A stretch of DNA of 44,904 nt from an uncultured Ignavibacteriota bacterium. Its GTDB lineage: Bacteria; Bacteroidota; Ignavibacteria; UBA10030; UBA8401. Shown here in pieces: positions 26,426-36,362 of this stretch. The number at the start of each line of letters is the position of its first letter. Positions within the stretch are counted from its first letter, which is position 1. The notes beneath the pieces are model-generated. The model did not search any database, was not told the DNA's origin, and was given only the letters and a program-made list of their open reading frames with translations. Both the position numbers and the translations under genes were made by a program. Location of the stretch: NCBI GenBank assembly GCA_903907305.1, contig CAIVNT010000208.1:1-44904 (forward strand). Direction: 5' to 3'.

Positions 26426-27334
26426 CTATTGAGAATGGATGTTGCTTGGTACGATAAAAGTTTTTCCGGGGATGTTGTTCGTGAATCGTTCAATAATCTT
26501 CCGGTCCTGCATTGTCACGAATACATCTGTTCCGGAGGGGCCGCCGAAGACGAGATTACTGCAGTTCTTTCCCTGCAACATGATCTCGCGAACAAGTTTC
26601 CCCTCTGGTGAAAGGACGGCGATGGTCCCTTTGCCGTACCGTGTAACATAGAGGTTACCGTTCTTATCGCATTTCATTCCGTCCATGCCGAAATCGTTGA
26701 ATTGATGGAAGAGAGTCTTCCCGGAAATATTTCCTGCTTCATCAACCGAATATTTCCAGACGCAGCGCTGTATACTTTCGTTCACATACAATGTCTGTTC
26801 GTCAGGACTCAGTTCGATGCCGTTTGTTGTTCCCATCGAATCTTCGAGCAGATGCGATGAACCGTCCGGATCGATGCGCCACAGTTTTCCGGTATTCGTC
26901 TTCCAGTGCGGATCGGATGCAAAGAGCTGATCGCGCTTATCGATGCAGAGATCGTTCGGCTGATTGAACGAATCGTTGTGGGAGAATGCGGTCACCTGTT
27001 TTGTGGTCATATCCACTTTCAGCACATTATGCATCGGATAATCCGCCAGGAACATATCTCCATTCGAATTGAATTTGATGCTGTTCGCAACGCTTCCCGT
27101 GGGAAGTTCAACGAACAGCGACGCATTCCCGTTGTTATCGACGGTTCCGATGGTTCCGTTATGATTGAAGTTTACCACATACAGCATTCCGTTCTTGTCG
27201 AATGCCGGTCCTTCGATACTTCCGGTGAACAGATTCTCCGCGATGAAATCCGTTGACAGTGTCCCAACCGATGATTGAAAGATCGAACAGGAGGAAACGA
27301 CGATCGTGAAAAGAAAAAATCCAATGATTCTCAT
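26426..27334 (-). CDS. SMP-30/gluconolactonase family lipoprotein
   Basis: IEGPA, PNDL, NGIELSPD, DGMKCD; lipobox VSSC. Confidence 0.9.
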   Translation of the reverse strand: MRIIGFFLFTIVVSSCSIFQSSVGTLSTDFIAENLFTGSIEGPAFDKNGMLYVVNFNHNGTIGTVDNNGNASLFVELPTGSVANSIKFNSNGDMFLADYPMHNVLKVDMTTKQVTAFSHNDSFNQPNDLCIDKRDQLFASDPHWKTNTGKLWRIDPDGSSHLLEDSMGTTNGIELSPDEQTLYVNESIQRCVWKYSVDEAGNISGKTLFHQFNDFGMDGMKCDKNGNLYVTRYGKGTIAVLSPEGKLVREIMLQGKNCSNLVFGGPSGTDVFVTMQDRKIIERFTNNIPGKTFIVPSNIHSQ

Positions 27335-27347
27335 GTGTCCTGCGGGT

Positions 27348-27884
27348 TTATACATGGAAGAGTGAGAGGGCTACAGCGGTAGACCACGAAAGGACCTTGA
27401 ACTCGCCGTCCAGCAGCAGCTGCATCATTTCGGCGCGGGAGAGGATGACGATCTCCTGTTCTTCAAGATCATCCGCGATGATCTCGCCGACCTGATGTGC
27501 TTCGCAGGCGAGGTAGAGATGGGCGAATCCGTTTCCGTGGTTTCCGTCGCACGGGAATTTCCCGAGAGAGATCCACTGGCGCGCTTCGTACCCGAGTTCT
27601 TCGCGGAGTTCGCGCTTTGCGCAGGCGAGCGGATCCTCGTTCGGTTCAAGATAGCCTCCAATGGGAGCAAAGGAGGTCCCTTCTGCAGCATACTTCGTTT
27701 GACGGAAGCAGACGAAATTCTCATCTTCATCCTGCACCACCACGTTTACATAGTCCGGAGATACGAGCCAGCTCCAGTTCTCAAGGATCTTGCCGTCCGG
27801 CAGTTCGATGGTATGGTCTTCCACTTTAAGCCATTTGCTGTGATCGAGGATGGTCGTCCGTGCAAGAGTCTTCCAGGGCTTCAT
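27348..27884 (-). CDS. NUDIX hydrolase (ADP-ribose pyrophosphatase-like)
   Basis: Nudix box GYLEPNEDPLACAKRELREELG. Confidence 0.92.
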   Translation of the reverse strand: MKPWKTLARTTILDHSKWLKVEDHTIELPDGKILENWSWLVSPDYVNVVVQDEDENFVCFRQTKYAAEGTSFAPIGGYLEPNEDPLACAKRELREELGYEARQWISLGKFPCDGNHGNGFAHLYLACEAHQVGEIIADDLEEQEIVILSRAEMMQLLLDGEFKVLSWSTAVALSLFHV

Positions 27885-27968
27885 GATGATTTATTGTCGG
27901 TGAAAAAAATGAATTCAGTATCAGTGGGATAAGATATGCGAAGAGAGTGAAAAATCAAACGAAGAATT

Positions 27969-28481
27969 TTATGGAACGTTCGCATACAACAGCGCGTCGG
28001 TGATCATTCCGTCTTTCACCACCGCACGTTTCAGACGCGCTTCGAGCACGTAGCCGTTCTTCTCCAGCACGCGGGCCGATGCAAGATTCCGGTCGAACAC
28101 ATCGGCATAGATCCGGACGATATCGAATCGGTCGAATCCGTATGCCGTGACCGCACCGACCGCTTCGGAGACGATACCGCGTCCCCAGAATTCTTCTCCG
28201 AGCCAGTAGCCGATCTCCATGGACTTTCGGTAGACATCATCCTTCGCGACAAGACCGATGCTTCCCACAGCGACACCGTCCACGGTGATGGCAAAAACGG
28301 TCTCATGAAGGTAAAGTGAAGCGTGCTGCACCCATCGCATCGCATCGCCGCGAGTGTAGGGATGAGGAAAATGGTCGCGGACGTTGATCCAGATCTTCCG
28401 GTTGTTCGCGTGTTTTTCCAGTGAGGGTTCGTCGCCGAGTTTCCACGGCCGAAGCACGGAATTTTTGAGCCGGAGCTCCAT
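27969..28481 (-). CDS. GNAT acetyltransferase (RimJ/RimL type)
   Basis: EIGYWLGEEFWGRG, N-ASARVLEKNG. Confidence 0.92.
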   Translation of the reverse strand: MELRLKNSVLRPWKLGDEPSLEKHANNRKIWINVRDHFPHPYTRGDAMRWVQHASLYLHETVFAITVDGVAVGSIGLVAKDDVYRKSMEIGYWLGEEFWGRGIVSEAVGAVTAYGFDRFDIVRIYADVFDRNLASARVLEKNGYVLEARLKRAVVKDGMITDALLYANVP

Positions 28482-28484
28482 CCG

Positions 28485-28928
28485 TCAGACCGCTACTTTC
28501 ACGATTGCTTTTTTTACGGCCGTCATCGGCGGCTGAGGAGCGTGTGCATCTTCGGGAAAGAGGACTGCAAACATATCCGCGGCGAGGTGAACAGTAAAGA
28601 GAGGTGGATCATTATAGAACGACACATCGTCGCTCCCGTTATATTCCATCGCAACATTCTTACAGGAATCAATGTCGTGCCATTCCAGAGGAAAAGAACC
28701 TTCGATAGCGAGCTGAATGTCGATATATTTTCTGTGTGTCTCGAGCTTCCGGCGTTCATTTCCTGTGTTGTCACTGGCGATGATCAGATAGATGTCATCT
28801 CCTTCAATGTCATGGCGTCCTTCAGCAAGTAAACGGAGATCTGTTGTTCTGAGATAATCAAACGCATGCTTGAAGCTGGAGTGCATATTAAAATATTTTT
28901 CTGCCCGTGAGAGGTGATCGAGTATCAT
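28485..28928 (-). CDS. YhcH/YjgK/YiaL family protein
   Basis: ETHRKYIDIQ, FPEDAHAP, KAIVKV. Confidence 0.92.
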   Translation of the reverse strand: MILDHLSRAEKYFNMHSSFKHAFDYLRTTDLRLLAEGRHDIEGDDIYLIIASDNTGNERRKLETHRKYIDIQLAIEGSFPLEWHDIDSCKNVAMEYNGSDDVSFYNDPPLFTVHLAADMFAVLFPEDAHAPQPPMTAVKKAIVKVAV

Positions 28929-29161
28929 TGAGGAGTTCCTTTCCTGTTTAGAGGAATGAAAATGGAGTGTCGGATTGGCTTTAGCGTTGCGAAGAAAGGT
29001 AGAAGTTTATGGGAAAAACCACAAGCGAATGTTATGGAGAAATTTTCTGTGCCGGCGCAGATAGGCGGATCAAAAAAGGGCCCAGAAACGGTCATGGAAA
29101 AATTCGTCCGGAGGGGGCGGAAGGAATGGTTCAGTTTTCAGCATAATAGGGCCGCCAATCA

Positions 29162-29791
29162 TTATTTCTGAAGCAGCTTGAAAGCGATCTTTGGTCCGAT
29201 TCCCTGACTGTAGGCGAGAGTGATCCATAATTTCGCAAGGGACTCGAGCATCTCTGCGCTCCGTAATCCTCCCACATCCACTGCATCGAAGCCGATCTCT
29301 TTTGCAAGTTCAGACACGATCTGCTTCGCTTCCGCGTCATCGCCGCAGATGAATGCATCGGCATGAACGGCGCCGAACATCACGTCCGAAAGATTCCCGG
29401 CACCGAGTGTGTTGAACGCTTTCACCACGCGGAATCCGCTGAGCCGTTTGGCAATCTCTTCCGCAGCGGAACTTCCCTGCGCCAGAGGCCATTCAGGATT
29501 CGGTTTGACGGGATTGGTGCAGTCGATGAGGATCTTTCCGGTGATGTCGACGATCTGGAATGCCACTTCTCCAATAGCTTCCCATGGTGTAGCAAGGACA
29601 AGGACGTCCGATTTCATCGCTGCTTCTTTCACCGATGCAGCTGTTGCCTTATGCTCCGACTCCTCAAGGACGGTCTGTACGCGGGGCGCGAGAGGATTTC
29701 TCACACCGTAGATGATGGAATGACCTTTTGCGGACCAGATTCTGCCGAGAGTTCCGCCGATGTTTCCTGCGCCAATAATACCGATCTTCAT
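29162..29791 (-). CDS. NADPH-dependent F420 reductase family oxidoreductase
   Basis: GAGNIG, IDCTNP, VVKAFNT, CGDD-EAK. Confidence 0.9.
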   Translation of the reverse strand: MKIGIIGAGNIGGTLGRIWSAKGHSIIYGVRNPLAPRVQTVLEESEHKATAASVKEAAMKSDVLVLATPWEAIGEVAFQIVDITGKILIDCTNPVKPNPEWPLAQGSSAAEEIAKRLSGFRVVKAFNTLGAGNLSDVMFGAVHADAFICGDDAEAKQIVSELAKEIGFDAVDVGGLRSAEMLESLAKLWITLAYSQGIGPKIAFKLLQK

Positions 29792-29892
29792 AGTGTGCTC
29801 CCCGAATGTTTATAATGGCTTCGATGAAAGGTAAAGAATATTTTCATAGAAGGGTGATTAAAATTCTGTTAATCTTCTAACGAAATAATGTG

Positions 29893-29900
29893 TAGATTTG
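29893..29900 (+). promoter_or_regulatory. Bacteroidota-type -7 promoter element
   Basis: TAGATTTG about 40 bp upstream of ATG 29942. Confidence 0.55.
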
Positions 29901-29941
29901 TTCAGTTCACCGTGTGTGAAAGAAAACCAACCGCCGACCTC

Positions 29942-31162
29942 ATGAATACTCTCGTCCGATATTTGATCTTCATCGTTATAGCCGTTCCTGCTGTATTTGC
30001 GCAAGAGGCACAACAGCCCGATCCGTGCGGTTTTCCCGATACCACTTCCATGGAATTCAAACTCGCCGCACTGGGGAATTGGGGATACGGTTATGACACG
30101 CTGAAATATGACCTGAGCCAATGGAAAATGAGTCCGTTCGCCGTTGTGGATTCCGTCGGTGCGACGGTGCAGAACAGAGCAATGTATGTCATCACCATTC
30201 AGGATACGTCTGCCGATCCGCTGAACAAACGGCAGCGCGTGTGGATGCATGCGCGAACGCATCCGGGAGAAGTGCAGGGTACGTGGGTGGTGAACGAGAT
30301 GATCAAGATGCTGCTTTCGAATACCGAGCTTGCAAAGACTTTGCGTCAGCGATACGTATTTAATATCATGCCGATGTACAATCCGGACGGTGTTGAAATC
30401 GGCAATGCCCGTGAGAATGCGAACATGATCGACATAGAAAGCAATTGGAATAATGTTTCTCCGCAAAAAGAAGTTCTCGTTTTAAGATCGCAGTTCCAGA
30501 AATATACGTCGAAACCGAATCCGATGAAGATCATGCTGAACATCCATTCGGCATATGACTGCACGCGGTACTTCGTTTATCACATGCCGGCAGGAACTAC
30601 GCCGACATTTGCCGCGCTCGAACGGCGGTTCATTGATGATGTAAGAATGAATTTTCCTAACGCCATTAAACCGTACAATTATTTCGTCAGTTGGACGAGT
30701 GTGCCCGCGACCCAATATCCGGAGAGCTGGTGCTGGAGCAATTTCAAAGATAAGATCATGGCATTGACGTATGAGGATGGGAACTGTGCTTCAGCCGAAA
30801 AGTTCGACAGCACGGCCAATGCGATACTGAAAGGGATCGACCTCTTCCTACAGGATACGACGGCAGTGACGTCGGTATCGTTAGCGTCGAATCTTCCGGA
30901 ACGGTATCTTCTCGAACAGAATTATCCAAACCCGTTCAACCCAACCACGACTATTGCGTACGAACTGCCGAACGCCGGAATTGTCTCTCTGAAAGTGTAT
31001 GATGTTCTGGGAAGAGAAGCGGCAATACTTGCGGAAGGCGAACAGTCATCCGGGCGGCACACAGCGCAATTTAACGGCGCTTCATTCAGCAGCGGGATCT
31101 ATTTCTATCAATTACGGTTTGGCGGACGGATCGAAACGAAGAGCATGCAGTTTATTAAATAG
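29942..31162 (+). CDS. M14 zinc carboxypeptidase with C-terminal secretion/sorting domain
   Basis: Signal peptide from ATG 29942, H-P-G-E zinc motif, PMYNPDG, NIH; LEQNYPNPFNPTT domain. Confidence 0.88.
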   Translation: MNTLVRYLIFIVIAVPAVFAQEAQQPDPCGFPDTTSMEFKLAALGNWGYGYDTLKYDLSQWKMSPFAVVDSVGATVQNRAMYVITIQDTSADPLNKRQRVWMHARTHPGEVQGTWVVNEMIKMLLSNTELAKTLRQRYVFNIMPMYNPDGVEIGNARENANMIDIESNWNNVSPQKEVLVLRSQFQKYTSKPNPMKIMLNIHSAYDCTRYFVYHMPAGTTPTFAALERRFIDDVRMNFPNAIKPYNYFVSWTSVPATQYPESWCWSNFKDKIMALTYEDGNCASAEKFDSTANAILKGIDLFLQDTTAVTSVSLASNLPERYLLEQNYPNPFNPTTTIAYELPNAGIVSLKVYDVLGREAAILAEGEQSSGRHTAQFNGASFSSGIYFYQLRFGGRIETKSMQFIK

Positions 31163-31166
31163 TTCT

Positions 31167-31258
31167 GTAGGACGAAGCGTCGCTTCGTCCTACGGTTTTA
31201 TAATTTCCGTTTTTAGGAGCAGTACAAAGGCAAGGGACGAAGCGTCGCTTCGTCCTAC
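31167..31258. repeat. Pair of GTAG REP palindromes (REPIN-like)
   Basis: GTAGGACGAAGCGTCGCTTCGTCCTAC at 31167-31193 and a near-identical copy ending at 31258. Confidence 0.85.
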
Positions 31259-31278
31259 AATATTACATCGGAGAGTGT

Positions 31279-31719
31279 ATGAGTGACAAACGTGTATCGT
31301 GGCACAAATATTTTATGAACATCGCAGAGCAGGTGGCCACACGCAGCACCTGCAGCCGGAAGAATGTCGGCGCGGTGATCGTCCGCGATAAGACGATCCT
31401 CTCCACCGGATACAACGGCAGTCTCCGCGGCGCTCCTCACTGCGATGATGCGGGACATGATATGGAGAACGATCATTGCGTACGGACGGTGCATGCCGAA
31501 GCGAACGCGGTCGCACAGGCGGCGAAACACGGCGTGCGCATTGACGAAGCGGAGATCTATGTAACGGCATCTCCTTGTTTGACCTGCTTCAAACTGATCG
31601 CCAATTCCGGAATCCGAAAAGTATATTTTATGGAATTCTACCGCGATGAACGGATCACCGAATACGCGCGTCAATGCGGAGTGACATTGGTGTTCATGGG
31701 GGAGAAGAAAACTCTATGA
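31279..31719 (+). CDS. dCMP deaminase (ComEB-like)
   Basis: RSTC, STGYNG, HAE and PCxxC zinc motifs. Confidence 0.95.
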   Translation: MSDKRVSWHKYFMNIAEQVATRSTCSRKNVGAVIVRDKTILSTGYNGSLRGAPHCDDAGHDMENDHCVRTVHAEANAVAQAAKHGVRIDEAEIYVTASPCLTCFKLIANSGIRKVYFMEFYRDERITEYARQCGVTLVFMGEKKTL

Positions 31720-31753
31720 TCGGTCAGTAGTATCGGTGACTCCGCAGGATGAT

Positions 31754-32473
31754 CTATTCCGCTAATCTTTTTTTCATATCGCCTATGCGGACCTGATCGC
31801 TGGCGAGAGTCTGCGGTAGGAGGAGGGTCTCAGTAAATATTTTTTTCCCTTTTTCTTTCTGACCTGTATCAAAATAGACCAGACCGAGTTCGTAGCGGTG
31901 CCGGATGATATTCGGTGCAAGACGGATCGCGGTCAAGAGCATTTGTTCCGCTTCGGCATATCCACCTCGAGGCAGACTGCCCAGCAGCATACCGGCCAAT
32001 TTTCTTTCGATCCAATTGATGTTTCCGAGTGCGCGGTAGAATGTTCCGTAGATGGAGTACGCAACATCATTGTTCGGATCGAGTTCGATCGCTTTGTCCA
32101 ACGACCGTTTAATGGAATTACAGAGTTCCACCTTCCTCCTGCTCCCCTCCGTGATTGCCTGATATCCCATCGAGACGGCATACCAGCACTGAACATTGGA
32201 ATTCATTGAATCAGCCTTCAATGCTTTCAGGGATAGATCGTATGCAGCATGGTAGTATTGTTGTTGAGATTCTCCGCTGATATCGCCCAGGCAGATATAT
32301 GCACGGACGGAGCGCCAGTATGCTTCGCCGCTGTTCGGATCCTGTTCAATCGATCGGGAGTACGATTGGATCGCTTCGTGGTACCGCTGTTCACGGAACA
32401 ATTGATCACCCGCAGAGATGAGAAGCGGATCTGGAACGGACATCAGGAACATGAGCGGGAAAAGCAAGTTCAT
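31754..32473 (-). CDS. TPR-repeat protein, probably exported
   Basis: Short hydrophobic N-terminus and TPR helices (KAIELDP, AIRLAP); ATG overlaps the hydroxylase stop (ATGA). Confidence 0.8.
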   Translation of the reverse strand: MNLLFPLMFLMSVPDPLLISAGDQLFREQRYHEAIQSYSRSIEQDPNSGEAYWRSVRAYICLGDISGESQQQYYHAAYDLSLKALKADSMNSNVQCWYAVSMGYQAITEGSRRKVELCNSIKRSLDKAIELDPNNDVAYSIYGTFYRALGNINWIERKLAGMLLGSLPRGGYAEAEQMLLTAIRLAPNIIRHRYELGLVYFDTGQKEKGKKIFTETLLLPQTLASDQVRIGDMKKRLAE

Positions 32474-33261
32474 TCCTCCGTCCGTTCCACTCTTTTTTTG
32501 GAGAATGGTCGGAACGCGAACCAATGCTGCGAGAAATATCCTTGCGGGAAGTTCGATGTCGAGAGTCCGTACGCTGCGGGTTTTTCAGGACGGGGAAGAT
32601 ACGCGGTGCCGAACAGCCAGTCCCACACGGCGAACTTTGTGGAGAAATTGATGCTGTTCCCAATCACTTTTGAATGATGCCAGCGGTGCATTTCGGGACC
32701 GTTGATGACGTACTGCAATGCGCCGGAGCGGACATCGATATTCGAATGGATATACATTCCCCACACCGTATCGACGATTCCTTTGATCAGCACCATTTCC
32801 GGAGCGGCGCCGAGAAGGATGATCGGCAGGAACTCGATCGTTTGATTGACCACGATCTCGAGAGAATGGGAACGTGCGCCGGCGAGCCAATCCACATCGC
32901 CGACAGAATGATGCGCTTCGTGGATGCGGTAGAGATATTTGTTGCGGTGCTGCCATCGGTGGAAGAGGTAAATATAGAGGTCGTGCGTGATGAGAAAGAG
33001 CAGGAACTGCAGCCACACAGGCCATGAAGTGATGATCTGAAAGCGGGAGATACCGGTCTGTCCGTCCAGCCAGTGAATGAAACCGAAGATCACCCAGCTG
33101 AGAAGATAACTCTGGAAGATGGTGTACATGCCGAGATCGGTCCAGAATCCTTTCCGGAACAACGGCTGACCGTCGGTGTACGGAATGAGCCGTTCACAGA
33201 CGATCATGATGACCGCGGACGAAACGATGATCACCGGCGAGAGGACTTCGAGACTCATCAT
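32470..33261 (-). CDS. Fatty acid hydroxylase / sterol desaturase family membrane di-iron enzyme
   Basis: His boxes HRWQH, HEAHH, HRWHH; WDWLFGT; TM helices. Confidence 0.92.
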   Translation of the reverse strand: MMSLEVLSPVIIVSSAVIMIVCERLIPYTDGQPLFRKGFWTDLGMYTIFQSYLLSWVIFGFIHWLDGQTGISRFQIITSWPVWLQFLLFLITHDLYIYLFHRWQHRNKYLYRIHEAHHSVGDVDWLAGARSHSLEIVVNQTIEFLPIILLGAAPEMVLIKGIVDTVWGMYIHSNIDVRSGALQYVINGPEMHRWHHSKVIGNSINFSTKFAVWDWLFGTAYLPRPEKPAAYGLSTSNFPQGYFSQHWFAFRPFSKKRVERTEE

Positions 33262-34148
33262 GCAGCGATGGACTCCCGTACTCTTCGGAGTTTCTTGCGG
33301 GGACCGAGTTCGCTCTCGTACACTTTTTTTACACCATCGCCGACCGCTTTTTCAATATCGCGGATATTGGAGACAAGACGGATCAATCCGCCGATCTCCA
33401 CAGAAGCCGCCTGATCGCTTCCCCACATCGCACGGTCCAGCGTGATATGCCGTTCCACGAATGTTGCGCCGAGTGCAACGGCCGCCCAGGTCGTGGATAA
33501 TCCTGTTTCATGTCCTGAATAGCCGATGGGACAATCCGGGTATTTTGCTTTCAGTGTATTGATCATCTTCAGATTCAATTCCTCGGGCGGACACGGATAT
33601 GTTGATGTAGCGTGCGCGATCAAAATATTTTCCGTTCCGAGTTCGTTCACGGCATTCTCGATCTCAACCTGATCGGACATTCCGGTGGAAAGTATGAGAG
33701 GTTTCCCGGTGGCTTGTTTCTTTTTCAGCAGAGGAATGTCAGTCAGTGCAGCGGATGCCGCTTTGTAGCAGATGGGGTTGAACTGTTCGATGAAATCAAC
33801 GGATTCTTCGTCCCAGCACGAAGCGAACCAGAGGATCTTCCGGTCCCTGCAGTACCGATCGATCTCCGCATACTGCTCTACACCGAATTCCACCAAGTAC
33901 CGGTATTCCAGATAGGTCATCTTTCCCCAGGGAGTTTCTCGGATGATGTCGCGCTGTTCCTTCGGAACGCACAATTCCGGCGTCCGTTTCTGGAATTTCA
34001 CCGCATCACATCCGGCAAGAGCAGCGCCGTCGATCAGCTTCTTCGCGATCTCCATCGAACCGTTGTGATTGATGCCGATCTCGCCGATGATGAATACACG
34101 TTCACCGTCACCGACAGTACGGTCACCGATTTGAACTTTGTTACTCAT
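33258..34148 (-). CDS. NeuB-family nonulosonic acid synthase, short form with no obvious SAF domain
   Basis: EIGINHNG, AVKFQKR, LSTGMS, STYP, GYSGHE, ERHITLDR; 296 aa. Confidence 0.93.
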   Translation of the reverse strand: MSNKVQIGDRTVGDGERVFIIGEIGINHNGSMEIAKKLIDGAALAGCDAVKFQKRTPELCVPKEQRDIIRETPWGKMTYLEYRYLVEFGVEQYAEIDRYCRDRKILWFASCWDEESVDFIEQFNPICYKAASAALTDIPLLKKKQATGKPLILSTGMSDQVEIENAVNELGTENILIAHATSTYPCPPEELNLKMINTLKAKYPDCPIGYSGHETGLSTTWAAVALGATFVERHITLDRAMWGSDQAASVEIGGLIRLVSNIRDIEKAVGDGVKKVYESELGPRKKLRRVRESIAA

Positions 34149-34198
34149 ATGAACTCTCCGTTGATTTGATGATGGTTGATATTGATGTCCATGAAAAA

Positions 34199-35020
34199 TT
34201 ACCAGGCGGTCCAGCCGCCGTCCACAACTAGATTTGCTCCGGTCATATAATTTGATGCATCACTCGCGAGAAAGACCAGCGCTCCTTTATAATCCGACGG
34301 TTCAGCCATCCGTCCCAGCGGAGTCCGCTTGGAATAATTCTTCACAAAATATTCTTCCTGTCCTGCGCATACTCCGCCGGGACACAGAGCATTCACACGG
34401 ACTCCTTTGTTTCCCCAATACGCTGCAAGATATTTTGTAAAGGAGATCACCGCACCTTTTGTGGCGGGATATGAAGGCGATTTGAAGAACGGCTGCGTTC
34501 CATCCGGACGAAGATACAATGATTGATCAGGAGCGACGAGTCCGTATGTGGAAGCGACATTGATGATGCTTCCGGTGCCGCGCTCCGCCATGACGGAACC
34601 GAGCACCTGAGAACAGAGGAACATTCCGGTGACATTCACATCGAATGAGCGCTGCCACAGTTCGAGCGGATAGGATTCGAATTTTGATTGCTCGGCGGCG
34701 GATTCCGGTGATTCGAATTTGTCGTTGATGGCAGCGTTGTTCACGATGATATCGATGTAATCGAAGAAACCGAGAACACTCGAACGTAATTGTTCAACGG
34801 AAGAGCGCTGAGTGATATCCGCACCGATGCCGAGTGTTTTTGCTCCGGTGTTCAGGTTCAATTCATGCGCGAATTCAACACAAGCTTCGGCGTTCACATC
34901 CGTTACGACCACGTGTGCACCTGCTTCGGCGAGTGCATAACAATGCTGTCTGCCGATCAGGCCGAGGGCACCGGTGATAATGGCAACTTTTTCATTCAGC
35001 GAAAACATCTCCATCGTCAT
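34199..35020 (-). CDS. Short-chain dehydrogenase/reductase
   Basis: TGALGLIG, NNAA, YPATK, VDGG. Confidence 0.93.
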   Translation of the reverse strand: MTMEMFSLNEKVAIITGALGLIGRQHCYALAEAGAHVVVTDVNAEACVEFAHELNLNTGAKTLGIGADITQRSSVEQLRSSVLGFFDYIDIIVNNAAINDKFESPESAAEQSKFESYPLELWQRSFDVNVTGMFLCSQVLGSVMAERGTGSIINVASTYGLVAPDQSLYLRPDGTQPFFKSPSYPATKGAVISFTKYLAAYWGNKGVRVNALCPGGVCAGQEEYFVKNYSKRTPLGRMAEPSDYKGALVFLASDASNYMTGANLVVDGGWTAW

Positions 35021-36351
35021 ACCGCCTTCTTCGGTTTCATGTTGAAGTTGCTCGTCTTCCGAAAGACCGGTTCCACCGGCTCGCCGCGGAGCATCGAACG
35101 GACATTCTTTCCGTCGACCGCCGACTTCAGCATCGGCAGGATCTCACGGTAGGCCGATAATGTGTATTCGATATCGGCATCGGTATGGGAGAGGCTCATA
35201 TTGTGGAATCCGGTCCACAGGATGCCGCGTTTGATCAGTTCCTGTTGGACGAATGACTTCATTTCGAGAGGATTACCGAATGACGCATCGAATGTGACGA
35301 TGGTTCGACAGCCGAATCCGGAACAGCGTGCGAACGATACACCGTGGTCATCCGCGATCTGATTGAACGCATGCTTCAGTTTGGTCCCCTGTGCAGCGAG
35401 ATATTCAGGGACGCGCCGGTCCAGCAATTCATGGATCGTCGTCTGCGCTGCGGCAAGGGAGAGCGCTTCACCGCCGAATGTGGTAAAGAAAAATACTTCC
35501 TTTTCCAACAACTGCATCACATCGGCTCTGCCGGTAAGGATAGAAAGGGGCATACCGTTCGCCACCGCTTTGGAGAAGCACGCCAGATCGGCTTTCACGC
35601 CGAAATATTCCTGCGCTCCGCCGACGGCCAGCCGGAATCCCGTCCACATCTCGTCGAAGATGAGCAGTGTGCCGTTTTGTGTGCAGACCTCTTTCAGTTT
35701 GTGGAGAAAATTATCTTTCGGTGCTTCGAAGACAATTGGTTCAAGGATGATACATGCCGTATCACTGTCGATGGAATCGATCACTGATTGAATGTCGTTG
35801 TAATTAAAAGTGTATGTCAGATCCTGCGTCTGCTGAGGAATGCCTTTGTTCCGGTCTGTGACGCCGATATACCAGTCATGCCATCCGTGATATCCACAGC
35901 AGAGCACTTTATTCCTTCCGGTGAATGCGCGAGCCAGGCGGACGGCCGCTGTTGTCACATCGCATCCTGTTTTACTGAAGCGGATGCTTTCGGCATTGGG
36001 AACGACCGTGCGGACGAGTTCAGCCACTTCCACTTCCAGCGGATGCATCAAAGAAAATGTGATACCGTCCTCAAGCTGACGTTTGATGGCATCATTTACG
36101 GGTCCATAGGAATATCCCAGCGACAGAGGACCGACACCCATAGTAAAATCAAGGAATTCATTTCCGTCCACATCCCATACATGCGAACCTTTGCCGCGGG
36201 AAAGATATTTCGGTGCGACCCCTTTCACATATTGGCCGGGACCTTTCGCGAGCGTCTGTGTGACTGCGGGAATGAGTCCGAGAGCACGGATGTAGAGTTC
36301 ATCGGACTGTTCTATGACGGGATACTCTTTATTGAATGCGACAATATTCAT
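35017..36351 (-). CDS. Class III PLP aminotransferase (GSA-aminomutase-like)
   Basis: WDVDGNE, YHGWHDW, DEMWTGFR, FSKAVANG (PLP lysine). Confidence 0.9.
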   Translation of the reverse strand: MNIVAFNKEYPVIEQSDELYIRALGLIPAVTQTLAKGPGQYVKGVAPKYLSRGKGSHVWDVDGNEFLDFTMGVGPLSLGYSYGPVNDAIKRQLEDGITFSLMHPLEVEVAELVRTVVPNAESIRFSKTGCDVTTAAVRLARAFTGRNKVLCCGYHGWHDWYIGVTDRNKGIPQQTQDLTYTFNYNDIQSVIDSIDSDTACIILEPIVFEAPKDNFLHKLKEVCTQNGTLLIFDEMWTGFRLAVGGAQEYFGVKADLACFSKAVANGMPLSILTGRADVMQLLEKEVFFFTTFGGEALSLAAAQTTIHELLDRRVPEYLAAQGTKLKHAFNQIADDHGVSFARCSGFGCRTIVTFDASFGNPLEMKSFVQQELIKRGILWTGFHNMSLSHTDADIEYTLSAYREILPMLKSAVDGKNVRSMLRGEPVEPVFRKTSNFNMKPKKAV

Positions 36352-36362
36352 AGTACTCCTGA

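Noticed and set aside
28485..28928. YhcH/NanQ-like gene as part of the ulosonic acid system
   Set aside because: It is separated from the operon by unrelated and oppositely oriented genes and sits in a mixed hydrolase run; the family is widespread.
20070..31258. 27-28 bp palindromic repeats as a CRISPR array
   Set aside because: At most two copies occur together, there is no regular spacer series and no cas genes; the RAYT association explains them as REPs.
35017..36351. Calling the aminotransferase hemL
   Set aside because: The fold is GSA-aminomutase-like, but the gene is embedded in a sugar operon with an SpsF-like gene and no heme genes nearby.
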